A program made the position numbers and the translations under genes. A DNA stretch of 64,000 nucleotides from the NCBI RefSeq assembly GCF_965261555.1, contig NZ_OZ253465.1, positions 166,633 through 230,632 on the forward strand. Direction: 5' to 3'. The notes below the pieces were generated by a model that saw nothing but the letters and a program-made list of their open reading frames with translations, had not been told where the DNA came from and searched no databases. Source of the stretch: Candidatus Palauibacter sp. Lineage in GTDB: Bacteria; Gemmatimonadota; Gemmatimonadetes; Palauibacterales; Palauibacteraceae. Positions 18,720 through 26,891 of this stretch are shown here, piece after piece. How positions within the stretch are numbered: position 1 is the first letter of the stretch; each line of letters opens with the position of its first letter.

Positions 18720-19784
18720 CTACTTCGTCCAGACCACGACCACGCCGCACTGTCCTGTCGGGCCCCCGAATTCCGCGGGTAGCGAGGCGGCGCCCTTGTA
18801 CACTTCGATCCCTGCGACCTCGTGCGGTTTCACCCAGCCAAGGAACCTCTCAACACGCACTCCGTCGAGGTAGTTTGTCATGGGGCAGGAGGATCTTCGG
18901 TTGATCATGCGCCCGTTGCGGTCCACCGAAATGCCCGGGGCCAGCATGCTGACCAGGTGGGCGACTTCCCTCGGACGCCAGAGTTCGATGTAGTCCTCCG
19001 TGATGTACGTTCCGAGTCCGAGAAGCTCACCCCATCGTTTTCGCTCGTAGAACCCCTTGATCTCGAGGCGGCGCGACCGGACCACCGTGGTCACCAGGGG
19101 CTCCATCTCCAGCGGCGCCGGGACAAGGGCGATGCCGACTTCCGTCGTACGACCCTCCTCTACCGAGACCACGTGCCGGAGCGGCGCGTAGCCGATCCGC
19201 CGGGTCTCCAGCACATGCGTGCCGGCGGGCACGCCGCTCATCACGAACCGGCCCTGACGGCCCGTGTCGACCGACCTGGGCTGGCCGGCCAGTGAAACGA
19301 TCACCACATGGACGGGATCATCCGTCAGGGCGTCGCGCACCGAGCCGATGAGGCGCCCCGGCCGGCCCGGGGTACTCGGAGCCGTGGTCGCAACATCGAG
19401 CGGGATGCGGAGGACGACCTCGCGCGCCACCCCCGGCTCGAACAGGACGGACGCTTCGCCGCTCGAATGGTCGCCCAGCTCCGCCCGCACGGCGGCGCGC
19501 TCGGCAGCACGCGGCACGCAAAGGAGGAGCGAGCCATCGGCCCGCGTGGACGCCCGAACGGGCGGCGCGGCCGCGTCACCCCACTCGATGATCACCGTGG
19601 CCCCTGGCAGAGGGATGCTGCCGGACTGGTCCGAGACGGTTACGGCCAGTTCGACTCCGTCCCCGCAGTCGCCCGCCTCCTGTCCCCATGCGCCGCCGCC
19701 CCCGAACGCCAGGCACACCGGGACGAAGATCGCCGCCGTCAGGGAGCGGGGAGTCCGGGCCGTGAACATCGTTCCGCGAACCAT
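18720..19784 (-). CDS. Carboxypeptidase-regulatory-like domain + TonB-dependent-receptor plug-like domain protein (no barrel)
   Basis: ORF 18720..19871. Signal LTAAIFVPVCLAFGGGGAWGQ. GRLIGSVRDALTDDPVHVVIVSLAG...TGRQGRFVMSGVPAGTHVLETRRIGY resembles a CarboxypepD_reg fold. The C-terminus HLVSMLAPGISV...YLDGVRV...EVAGIEVYKGAASLPAEFGG...GVVVVWTK resembles a plug, and the protein ends there. Start at M30 (19784) or M35. Confidence 0.6.
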   Translation of the reverse strand: MVRGTMFTARTPRSLTAAIFVPVCLAFGGGGAWGQEAGDCGDGVELAVTVSDQSGSIPLPGATVIIEWGDAAAPPVRASTRADGSLLLCVPRAAERAAVRAELGDHSSGEASVLFEPGVAREVVLRIPLDVATTAPSTPGRPGRLIGSVRDALTDDPVHVVIVSLAGQPRSVDTGRQGRFVMSGVPAGTHVLETRRIGYAPLRHVVSVEEGRTTEVGIALVPAPLEMEPLVTTVVRSRRLEIKGFYERKRWGELLGLGTYITEDYIELWRPREVAHLVSMLAPGISVDRNGRMINRRSSCPMTNYLDGVRVERFLGWVKPHEVAGIEVYKGAASLPAEFGGPTGQCGVVVVWTK

Positions 19785-20424
19785 CAGTCTCTCCGATCTC
19801 GCCCGGCCGGCCACGCAGGACGCCAGCCCGTAATCGCAGGAAGGTCGAGCTCGTCGCGGCTCACCGTCCATAGCATACCTCCGGTTGCGGTCAGCAGAGC
19901 GTGAGCGGGGGGCAGATCCACGGACCCGATGAACCCATCGTCAAATCGATATGCGGCCCACCGCTCGGCATCGCGCGGCGCACGCGCACTTGCGCGAAAC
20001 CAGACCGTCCCGGCCTCGCTCGCGGTCATTGCATCTACCGCCGTCTCGGCGGGGCGAGGGATCTGCTGCAGGAAAGCTCGCGCCAAAGTCCCTGACGATA
20101 CGCGGGAACGGAACGAATCCGGCATCCCGCCGTGAAGTCCTTGGGCGAACGATCGAACCTCTTCCCGATGTAGCGGGCGCCGCCCCGTGAGAAAACCCGT
20201 ACTGTAGCGTCCTCCGGCAGCAGCACGAACACGCGCTCGGCATCGGCGAGCACCCCGCCGACCCTTGTCAGTCCGTAAACCGGATCGTCGACGCTTCCGA
20301 TCATGACGCCATGCTTGAGCGTCCGCTCCGGGACCTGGCCCGCGACCGGACCGGATACCGGAGCGGCACCGAGCGCCAGCGCGTATCCCAGAAGAATGCT
20401 CCTCATAATGGGCTTCCCGCTCAT
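19784..20424 (-). pseudogene. Degraded propeller paralog (two overlapping ORFs in different frames, internal blades missing)
   Basis: ORF 20035..20490 has a signal (MRSILLGYALALGAAPVSG), a first blade and a decayed GPGEF site (GKRFDRSPKDF). ORF 19784..20125 has the last blades (...YRFDDGFIGSVDLPPAHALLTATGGMLWTVSRDELDLPAITGW...). Together they give ~210 aa, compared with ~350 aa in intact paralogs. Confidence 0.45.
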
Positions 20425-20439
20425 TCGCTGGCCTGTCTT

Positions 20440-20725
20440 TCTTCTACAATCGCAGTTGTGCCGTGGCGCTTCGAATCGCGCTCGTCTCACTCTGCCGGTA
20501 CGCCACCCTCTGCGACGCCAGCCGTGATCTCCACGGAGACCTGCATCGATAACAACGCCAGCGTGTCGCGGATCGTGCCCGCCGTGTCCAACACGACGAG
20601 GGGGCGACCTCGGGTCTCGAGGGTCGGGCCGGGTATCGCCGTGTAGACGCCTCGTGGAGCATGTGGCTCAGTTCGACCGCCGCTTCGGGCACGATCATGC
20701 GTAGTTCGCGGTCGTATATCGCCGC
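20440..20725 (-). pseudogene. Relic of a purine nucleoside phosphorylase 3' part (frameshifted)
   Basis: 20600-20722 aligns by eye at roughly 80% with 24880-24990 of the intact PNP gene (…GTAGACGCCT.CGTGGAGC.TGTGG.CCAGTTCG.CCGC…GCACGATC.TGCG.AGTTCGCGGTCGTA). Translations YDRELRMIVPEAAVELSHMLHE / GVYTAIPGP.LET / VSVEITAGVAEGGV parallel PNP YDRELRTIVRETAAELGHTLHE / GVYAAMHGPAFET / ISCLTNYAAGVLDEPL. They are split over ORFs 20444..20698 and 20487..20744. Confidence 0.55.
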
Positions 20726-20733
20726 AACTTAAG

Positions 20734-22593
20734 CTAACGGTCATAGCGGATCACCGATGGAACGCCAAAGGCGTTTTCTTCGACGGCGATGAAGAAGCTG
20801 CGCGTCGCAGCCGCGACTCGTTGCCGACGTGGAAGCGCCACGACGTCTTGAACCTCGCCAGACGGGGACAGGACAGTCCACACTACGTTCTCCTCGCCAC
20901 GGTCCTCGCGCCTTAGCCAGACCGAACCGTCGCGGCCGACTGCCAGAGCCGTGATCGGAGGGAGCGTCGCCGGAATCAGCCCTCCCTCTCGCAAGGCTTG
21001 TTCAAACTCCGGCCCTTCGGGTGCTTCCTGCTCCCCGGTGGGGAATACGCTCAACTCTTGTAGCGTTCGCTCGATCGCGCGCCTGGTCAGCGGAACCGGC
21101 TCGTAGCCGTAGGCGCGGTGGAACACCGTGTCTCCCTTCATGTCCCTCCGTGTTATTGTAACCAGCCCCTCGGCGGGATCTGTCCAGCGAGCGATGATCG
21201 CGCCTTGGCCGTTCGGCATGACCGCCGTCTTCGAGAAACCTTCGTATGGTGCCTGTACCTGAAACAGCCGGTTCCCCCGCACTATCCCAACGATAGCTCC
21301 GGAGACTTCCCTCCACGCCACGGTATCAATGACCATGCCGAGCGAATCGATTCTCAACAGAGGGATGCGAGAATGCTCCTGCTGGACACCCGCTTCTGGC
21401 AATGCTGGCGCGCCCAAGAGGTGCGGTTCAGCTATGGCGTGTCCACCCTCGAGAAGGACCACGGGCCAACCGCCAGTGATGAATAGTCCATCGCGAACGG
21501 ATTGCATTTCCAGCTTCGCCGCCAAGCGTCGTGTAGCCAGAAAGTGTCCGTCCGTCGAGAACAGGCTCACCCGTCCCTGGTCGGAGTCACTGACGAAGAC
21601 CGTATCATCCAAAACTCCGACCGCCGAGATTGCCGAAAATTCGCCGGGCCCCTCGCCTCGACCCCCGGCCTGCCACAGCACTTCGCCACTGGAATCGAGG
21701 CGCATTATGCGGAGATCCCACGGTTGCGCCACATAGACTTCACCAGCCTCGCCGATGGCCACGTCGTCCAAGCGCCAGGGAAGCAACCCCGCTTGGCCGA
21801 CACCATCAATCGTCCATACCGGTTTCACCTCAGCGGAGATCGCCTTGCTCGCCAACATCGGCAGGGCTCGAGTCCATCGGTCCGCCACCATCTCTGCAAT
21901 CGTGGTTCTTAGCTGGCTCTCAGAGGGGGGCGTCCCGTATCGCCAGCCATTGACCAATACGGTCGGGGTGCCTTCCACGCCAAGCTGCTGACCGAGTTTG
22001 AGTGTCGTCGCGATGCGCTCATCTCGCGTAGTTCCTTCCTCTCGCGCACAGTGCGAGATCCGAGCCGTGTCGCGAATCCCCGCCTCAATGGCCAACGTGC
22101 CCCATCCCATCAAGCCAAGAGACTGCTGATTCCGGTATACCGAGTCGATCCACTCCCGAAAGAACCCCAGTTCGTGCGCGCAGTCCGCAGCGCGCGCCCC
22201 GGGCGTGGAGTGCTCATGATAATCGAGCGGGTGGTTCACATAGAAGACGCGAACCGGCAGCGTATCGGTCGCGATCTTCTGCACGGTCTCGTGAAATAGT
22301 GCGCAGAACGGACACTCCGAATCCATGAACACGACGACATCGACCGGCGGCCGGCCTCCCCCGCTAACGTCGCGAGTCTCGAAGAGGAGGAAACCTTCAT
22401 CGCGCGCGCTCTCCCATCCAGTTTCGAAAACCATCGAAGGATTGTCGGGCTGATGGCTTGGGCCACGAGCTGGGGCGAACACGAGACGGTATCCGACGAT
22501 GACAACCGTCGCCAAGGCGCAAATCGCGAGCAGGATGGTCAAGAGCTGGTCACGTCTCGCGGATCGGCAACTATGCGACATGGCAATCCCCAT
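20734..22593 (-). CDS. Fusion protein: N-terminal TM anchor + DsbA-like thioredoxin domain (CPFC) + 6-bladed beta-propeller
   Basis: ORF 20734..22674, with the start probably at ATG 22593 or 22581. TM segment LLTILLAICALATVVIVGY. VDVVVFMDSECPFCALFHETV...ADCAHELGFFREW...LGVEGTPTVLVNGWRYG is a classical DsbA/BdbD-type pattern. The C-terminal ~350 aa carry GGRGEGPGEFSAISAV and blade repeats and end ...AFGVPSVIRYDR. Confidence 0.75.
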   Translation of the reverse strand: MGIAMSHSCRSARRDQLLTILLAICALATVVIVGYRLVFAPARGPSHQPDNPSMVFETGWESARDEGFLLFETRDVSGGGRPPVDVVVFMDSECPFCALFHETVQKIATDTLPVRVFYVNHPLDYHEHSTPGARAADCAHELGFFREWIDSVYRNQQSLGLMGWGTLAIEAGIRDTARISHCAREEGTTRDERIATTLKLGQQLGVEGTPTVLVNGWRYGTPPSESQLRTTIAEMVADRWTRALPMLASKAISAEVKPVWTIDGVGQAGLLPWRLDDVAIGEAGEVYVAQPWDLRIMRLDSSGEVLWQAGGRGEGPGEFSAISAVGVLDDTVFVSDSDQGRVSLFSTDGHFLATRRLAAKLEMQSVRDGLFITGGWPVVLLEGGHAIAEPHLLGAPALPEAGVQQEHSRIPLLRIDSLGMVIDTVAWREVSGAIVGIVRGNRLFQVQAPYEGFSKTAVMPNGQGAIIARWTDPAEGLVTITRRDMKGDTVFHRAYGYEPVPLTRRAIERTLQELSVFPTGEQEAPEGPEFEQALREGGLIPATLPPITALAVGRDGSVWLRREDRGEENVVWTVLSPSGEVQDVVALPRRQRVAAATRSFFIAVEENAFGVPSVIRYDR

Positions 22594-22697
22594 TTGGTTG
22601 CGGAAAGAAGCTCTTGCCCGGCGAACACAGTGGCGCTTCGGCTGCGCTGCGAGAAAGCAGCACAGCCGAAGCAAGGTGCGCGAATACGGCGGTCAGA

Positions 22698-23006
22698 TCA
22701 ATAAAGGTCGCCGCCACCACTTCCCCCGCCGCCCGGGGAGGCACATCGGATCGTCTTGGCGAGCTGATAGCCCGGCAGGACGCAGGCCCTGCTTTCGCAC
22801 GATCCGCTCTCGCCGCAGCCTACATTCTTGCAATACGTCTCCATGCTGTTGGGGCAGAAGGTCGCACAGATCCGCTGGCAACCGCCGGCGGTACTTGCAG
22901 ACGTCCGACTAGCCAGTACGGTTCCGCCCAGAATCACGAGCAGACAAACGACCTGGATGATGCGACGCGCAGCGGGAGACGACGGAAGCTTCGTTCCTAC
23001 GGACAT
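22698..23006 (-). CDS. Cys-rich secreted mini-protein P4 (102 aa, 8 Cys after the signal, Gly-rich tail)
   Basis: ORF 22698..23006 with ATG preceded by AGGAGGAAAAA. Sequence: MSVGTKLPSSPAARRIIQVVCLLVILGGTVLASRTSASTAGGCQRICATFCPNSMETYCKNVGCGESGSCESRACVLPGYQLAKTIRCASPGGGGSGGGDLY. Confidence 0.6.
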   Translation of the reverse strand: MSVGTKLPSSPAARRIIQVVCLLVILGGTVLASRTSASTAGGCQRICATFCPNSMETYCKNVGCGESGSCESRACVLPGYQLAKTIRCASPGGGGSGGGDLY

Positions 23007-23490
23007 TTTTTCCTCCTAGGTTGGGAACGATAAGCCCCGAAACAATTCCGGGACGCGGTGGTGACGGCTGCGAGGAATAACTTCGCATGCACTCACGGGC
23101 AGCAATCTGAGTTCCCCTGCGGGCTGACGAACACGATCCGCAGCCATCAGCGATCGCAGCAAAAGCCCGCGGCCATGGGGACGATGCCGAAGGGCGAAAG
23201 GCCCTGACGAGACAACGCGCCTTCCGCCCGAGAATCGGGCTGACACACACCCGACCGCGTGAACCAACCAGCTTGAAGACGCCGTAGCGGTGGATCACAG
23301 GCCGGAACTCTGGGCATCTACCTACAGCCAACAGATGCTCGATTGTAGCGTCCGCGGAGCGTCGCATCGGAGGCCACGCCCTTCCTGACCTTGAGCTCCG
23401 GCATGCGTTCGTCCTCCTATCTGGAGATTCGACTCGACGACGACTCTGGCATGGGAAACTGGCGGTTCCCGGGACCTGCATCTAGAACAC

Positions 23491-24566
23491 AAACAGTATC
23501 AATTTGGCTCAAACCGTTTACTCTTGATCCAGAGTGGACACTCCGTCCGATCCGGCCGGGAGAACGGGCCGAACGTGTTCCGCGGTGAACGCGGCGAACA
23601 GCCGGTCCGGGGCCATCCGCTCCAGCTCGCGCGGCGTGCAGCCCGGCCATGTCTTTGTTCTTCGGACCATGGTGCGCCGTCCAAGTCCCGTGCGGCGCTC
23701 CACGCGTTTCCAGATCAGGCCCAACCGGCGAAGCTCGTACACCCTGAGCACCGAGAGACCGCCGATGAACGCCTTCAGGGTCGTCGCGCCGTTCGCGCGA
23801 GCCCCGAACTGCCGGAACAGCGTGACGGGCGCGTACCCCACGGCTTCGGCCAGTTCCCGCGCGTTGCGGAATGGCCGGTCGGCGGCATGCCGCGCCGCAA
23901 GAACGAGCGCCTTCCCGAGGGCGGGAGACAGTGAGGAGCGCTCGAACGTGTCGGCCAGAGTCCACAGGCCCCACGTCGCTCGCACGGCATCGAGGCGAGA
24001 TCGCAGATGTGTCCGCAGTTCGGAATACCCGACCAGCGACGCCGCCCGCACGCGAAGCAATCGCTTGGCCAACTCGGGATCGGGATCCGTCACCAGAACG
24101 ACCGGCACCCACGGCCGCTCGCGCTCGAGCCTGGCCAATAGGTCGACTTGCTCGGGCCGAACGCGGCCGGGGCTCGCGACCACCACCGCATCGACCACCG
24201 CATCGAGGCGAGTGAGCGCTCCGTTCGCGACCGCCACGCGGGCATCCGGGCCCGCGGCTCGGCATACCTCTTGGGCTGTCTGAAGCGTGTCCGCGACCAC
24301 AAGGATCATCGCGACCTCTCTTGAACAGGAACGCGAGAGCGCCCGCGTCCTCGATGTATCTCCACCCTCTACTAGTTAATGGCCCGCTCAAGGGCGAAAC
24401 TTCGTTCGGGTCGAGCGGATCGGCTGGTGCGTGATCGTCGGATGTCACCTCGTAGCCGAATCGTAAGACTCTTTATGGCAATCGATCAGGAACCTCGATG
24501 TCCGAGGCCAGGAAGAAAAAATGGCTTTGGTGGTCGTTACCAATGCACCGTTGGATCGACTCCGCG
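23491..24566. repeat. Copy 2 of the ~1.07-kb dispersed duplication
   Basis: See copy 1 (11712..12785). Confidence 0.85.
23518..24309 (-). CDS. Transcription regulator R2 (paralog of R1)
   Basis: ORF 23518..24309, 263 aa. I count about 33 differences from R1 by hand alignment, clustered at residues 27-59. The HTH region is almost identical. Confidence 0.7.
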   Translation of the reverse strand: MILVVADTLQTAQEVCRAAGPDARVAVANGALTRLDAVVDAVVVASPGRVRPEQVDLLARLERERPWVPVVLVTDPDPELAKRLLRVRAASLVGYSELRTHLRSRLDAVRATWGLWTLADTFERSSLSPALGKALVLAARHAADRPFRNARELAEAVGYAPVTLFRQFGARANGATTLKAFIGGLSVLRVYELRRLGLIWKRVERRTGLGRRTMVRRTKTWPGCTPRELERMAPDRLFAAFTAEHVRPVLPAGSDGVSTLDQE

Positions 24567-24630
24567 AATCCAACTCGAGAACGAGGCACGCACGCTTCAA
24601 CCGCTCACGCCCGCAAGGACGTTCGAGGGG

Positions 24631-25476
24631 TTACGGGAACCGGCGGATCGACTCGGCGACGAGGCGCTGGAATCCGGCTTGGGCGAGTTTTGTCGTCTCG
24701 AGGACTTCCTCGTGATTCAGCGGTTCGTCGAGGACTCCCGCGGCGTAGTTCGTGAGGCAGGAGATGGCGACGCAGCGCATGCCGAGGGCGCGGGCCGCGA
24801 TGACCTCCGGCACCGTGGACATACCGACGGCGTCGGCGCCCAGCATCCGGAGCATGCGGATCTCGGCGGGCGTCTCGAAGGCGGGGCCGTGCATCGCCGC
24901 GTAGACGCCTTCGTGGAGCGTGTGGCCCAGTTCGGCCGCGGTTTCGCGCACGATCGTGCGCAGTTCGCGGTCGTAGGCGAACGTCAGGTCGGGGAAGCGG
25001 CTCTCCGTCCCCACGACGGGGCCGATGAGCGGGCTCGTGCCGGTCAGGTTCAGGTGGTCCGAGATCAGCATCAGTTCGCCGGGGTGCCAGCCCTCCCGGA
25101 TCGCCCCGGCCGCGTTCGAGAGGAAGAGTACCGGGATCCCCAGCGCCGCCGCGACCCGCACGTAGAAGACGACGCGGTCCGGCGGGCCGCCCTCGTAGAG
25201 GTGGACGCGGCCGCTGAGGCCCAGCACGGGTCGGCCGCCGAGCGTCCCGATCAATGCGTGCCCGGCGTGCCCGATCACCGTGGGACGCGGCCAGCCGGGA
25301 AGATCCACGTACGGCACCCGCACCGGATCCTCGATCTCCTCGCCGAGGCCGCCGAGTCCGGAGCCCATCGTGATCACGACGTGCGGCATGGCACCGTCCA
25401 GCCGGTCCCCGATGCGGGCCCGCAGCGCCTCAGCCGCCGCTTCGACGCCGGCCCGGATGTCGGCGGCGCGGGTCAC
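24631..25476 (-). CDS. Purine nucleoside phosphorylase (trimeric PNP/PunA type)
   Basis: C-terminal 281 aa of the composite ORF 24631..27450: ...VVITMGSGLGGL...GHAGHALIGTLGGRPVLGLSGRVHLYEG...FLSNAAGAI...GPAFETPAEIRMLRMLGADAVGMSTVPEVIAARALGMRCVAISCLTNYAAG. GTG 25476 overlaps the nupC stop (GTGA). Confidence 0.85.
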   Translation of the reverse strand: MTRAADIRAGVEAAAEALRARIGDRLDGAMPHVVITMGSGLGGLGEEIEDPVRVPYVDLPGWPRPTVIGHAGHALIGTLGGRPVLGLSGRVHLYEGGPPDRVVFYVRVAAALGIPVLFLSNAAGAIREGWHPGELMLISDHLNLTGTSPLIGPVVGTESRFPDLTFAYDRELRTIVRETAAELGHTLHEGVYAAMHGPAFETPAEIRMLRMLGADAVGMSTVPEVIAARALGMRCVAISCLTNYAAGVLDEPLNHEEVLETTKLAQAGFQRLVAESIRRFP

Positions 25477-26891
25477 GCGAGGACTCCGGCCAGCGTCGCC
25501 GTCATCCAGGTCGCGACCGTCCCCCCGAGCATCGCCCGCAGGCCGAGCTTCGACAGGTCCTCGCGGCGGCCGGGCGCGATCCCGCCGATGCCCCCGATCT
25601 GGATCGCGATCGAGCTGAAGTTCGCGAATCCCGTCAGTGCGTACGTGCAGATGATGAGCGACTTGTTCGAGAGCTGAAGGTCGCCGCCGAGGCCGGCCCC
25701 GAGGTTCGTGAAGGCGAGGAACTCGTTCGCGACCATCTTCACCCCGAACAGCGTCCCGACGTCGATCGCGTCGGCCCACGGGACTCCGATGAGCCAGGCC
25801 ACGGGGGCGAAGACCCAGCCGAAGATCCGCTCGAGCGTGATCCCCTCCACGCCGAACAGTCCCGTCACCCAGCCGATGATGCCGTTCCCCATGGCGATGA
25901 TGGCGAGGAAGGCGAGGAGCATGGCCCCCACGTTCAGGGCGAGCTTCAGCCCGTCCCCCGCTCCTCCGGCCGCCGCGTCGATCACGTTCGCGTGCGCCTG
26001 CGGCGGGTCGATGTCCAGCGTGCCGCGCGTCTCGGGTTCTTCCGTCTCGGGCATCAGCATCTTGCTCACCACGATCCCCGCCGGCGCCGCCATGATGCTC
26101 GCCGCCAGGAGGTGTCCGGCGATACCCGGGAACACGCCCACGAGGATCGCGACGTAGGCGGCCAGCGCTCCGCCCGCCACGGTCGCGAACCCTCCCGTCA
26201 TGACCGTGTTGAGTTCCGACATCGTCATGCGGTCCACGAAGGGCCGGATGAGGAGAGGCGCCTCCGTCTGGCCGACGAAGATGTTGCCGGCCGCCGAGGT
26301 CGTCTCCGCGCCGCTCGTCCCGAGGGTCCGCTGCATCGCCCACGCCACGCCGCGCACGACGCGCTGCATGAACCCCAGGTGATAGGCGAGGGCCATGAGA
26401 GAGGAGAAGAAGATGATCGTGGGCAGGACGCTGAAGGCGAAATTCGCGCCGATGTTCACGACGCCGCCCGCGCCCCCGTCGACCGGGGTCCCGTAATCGA
26501 CGAGCGACCCGAACACGAAGCGCGACCCGGCGTTCGTGTACCCGATGAGCGCGACGAACACGTCGTTGACCGCACTGAAGAAGCCTCGCCCGATCCCGGT
26601 CTTGAGGACAAGGAGGGCGAAGACGATCTGAAGCCCGAGCCCCTTTGCGACGAGCGGCCACGAGATCGACTTCCGGTGCGCGGAACAGAGCCACACGGCC
26701 GTGAGCAGGAAGGCGATCCCGACAAGGCCCCGCAGGAGGCGGGAAAAGAACGGTTCGTCGATCGCGCCGCCCACCCCCTCGAGTCCCTGTGCCGCCAGCG
26801 GCGCCGCGCCCGCGGCCAGCAGGACGCAGAGGGCGGCCGTTGCGGCCGCCGCGGCCACTGCGGAGCGGGGTGGGTCTCGACGCTGGGACAT
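25473..26891 (-). CDS. nupC: NupC/CNT-family nucleoside transporter
   Basis: ORF 25473..27188 with start set to ATG 26891 (MSQRRDPP...). Multi-[37 protein letters not shown] and [22 protein letters not shown] are CNT hallmarks. Confidence 0.8.
   Translation of the reverse strand: MSQRRDPPRSAVAAAAATAALCVLLAAGAAPLAAQGLEGVGGAIDEPFFSRLLRGLVGIAFLLTAVWLCSAHRKSISWPLVAKGLGLQIVFALLVLKTGIGRGFFSAVNDVFVALIGYTNAGSRFVFGSLVDYGTPVDGGAGGVVNIGANFAFSVLPTIIFFSSLMALAYHLGFMQRVVRGVAWAMQRTLGTSGAETTSAAGNIFVGQTEAPLLIRPFVDRMTMSELNTVMTGGFATVAGGALAAYVAILVGVFPGIAGHLLAASIMAAPAGIVVSKMLMPETEEPETRGTLDIDPPQAHANVIDAAAGGAGDGLKLALNVGAMLLAFLAIIAMGNGIIGWVTGLFGVEGITLERIFGWVFAPVAWLIGVPWADAIDVGTLFGVKMVANEFLAFTNLGAGLGGDLQLSNKSLIICTYALTGFANFSSIAIQIGGIGGIAPGRREDLSKLGLRAMLGGTVATWMTATLAGVLA

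Noticed and set aside
22909-23481. 190-aa ORF between R2 and P4
   Set aside because: It has an Arg/Ser/Cys-rich random-looking sequence, overlaps the P4 start, has no SD, and has no counterpart in cassette 1.
9039-24309. Classifying the island as a conventional RiPP/bacteriocin cluster, a defence island or an integron
   Set aside because: There is no radical-SAM, YcaO, LanB/C/M, cyclodehydratase, peptidase-domain ABC exporter, nuclease, methyltransferase, reverse transcriptase, integrase or attC-like repeat. The peptides carry Sec-type signals rather than leader peptides.
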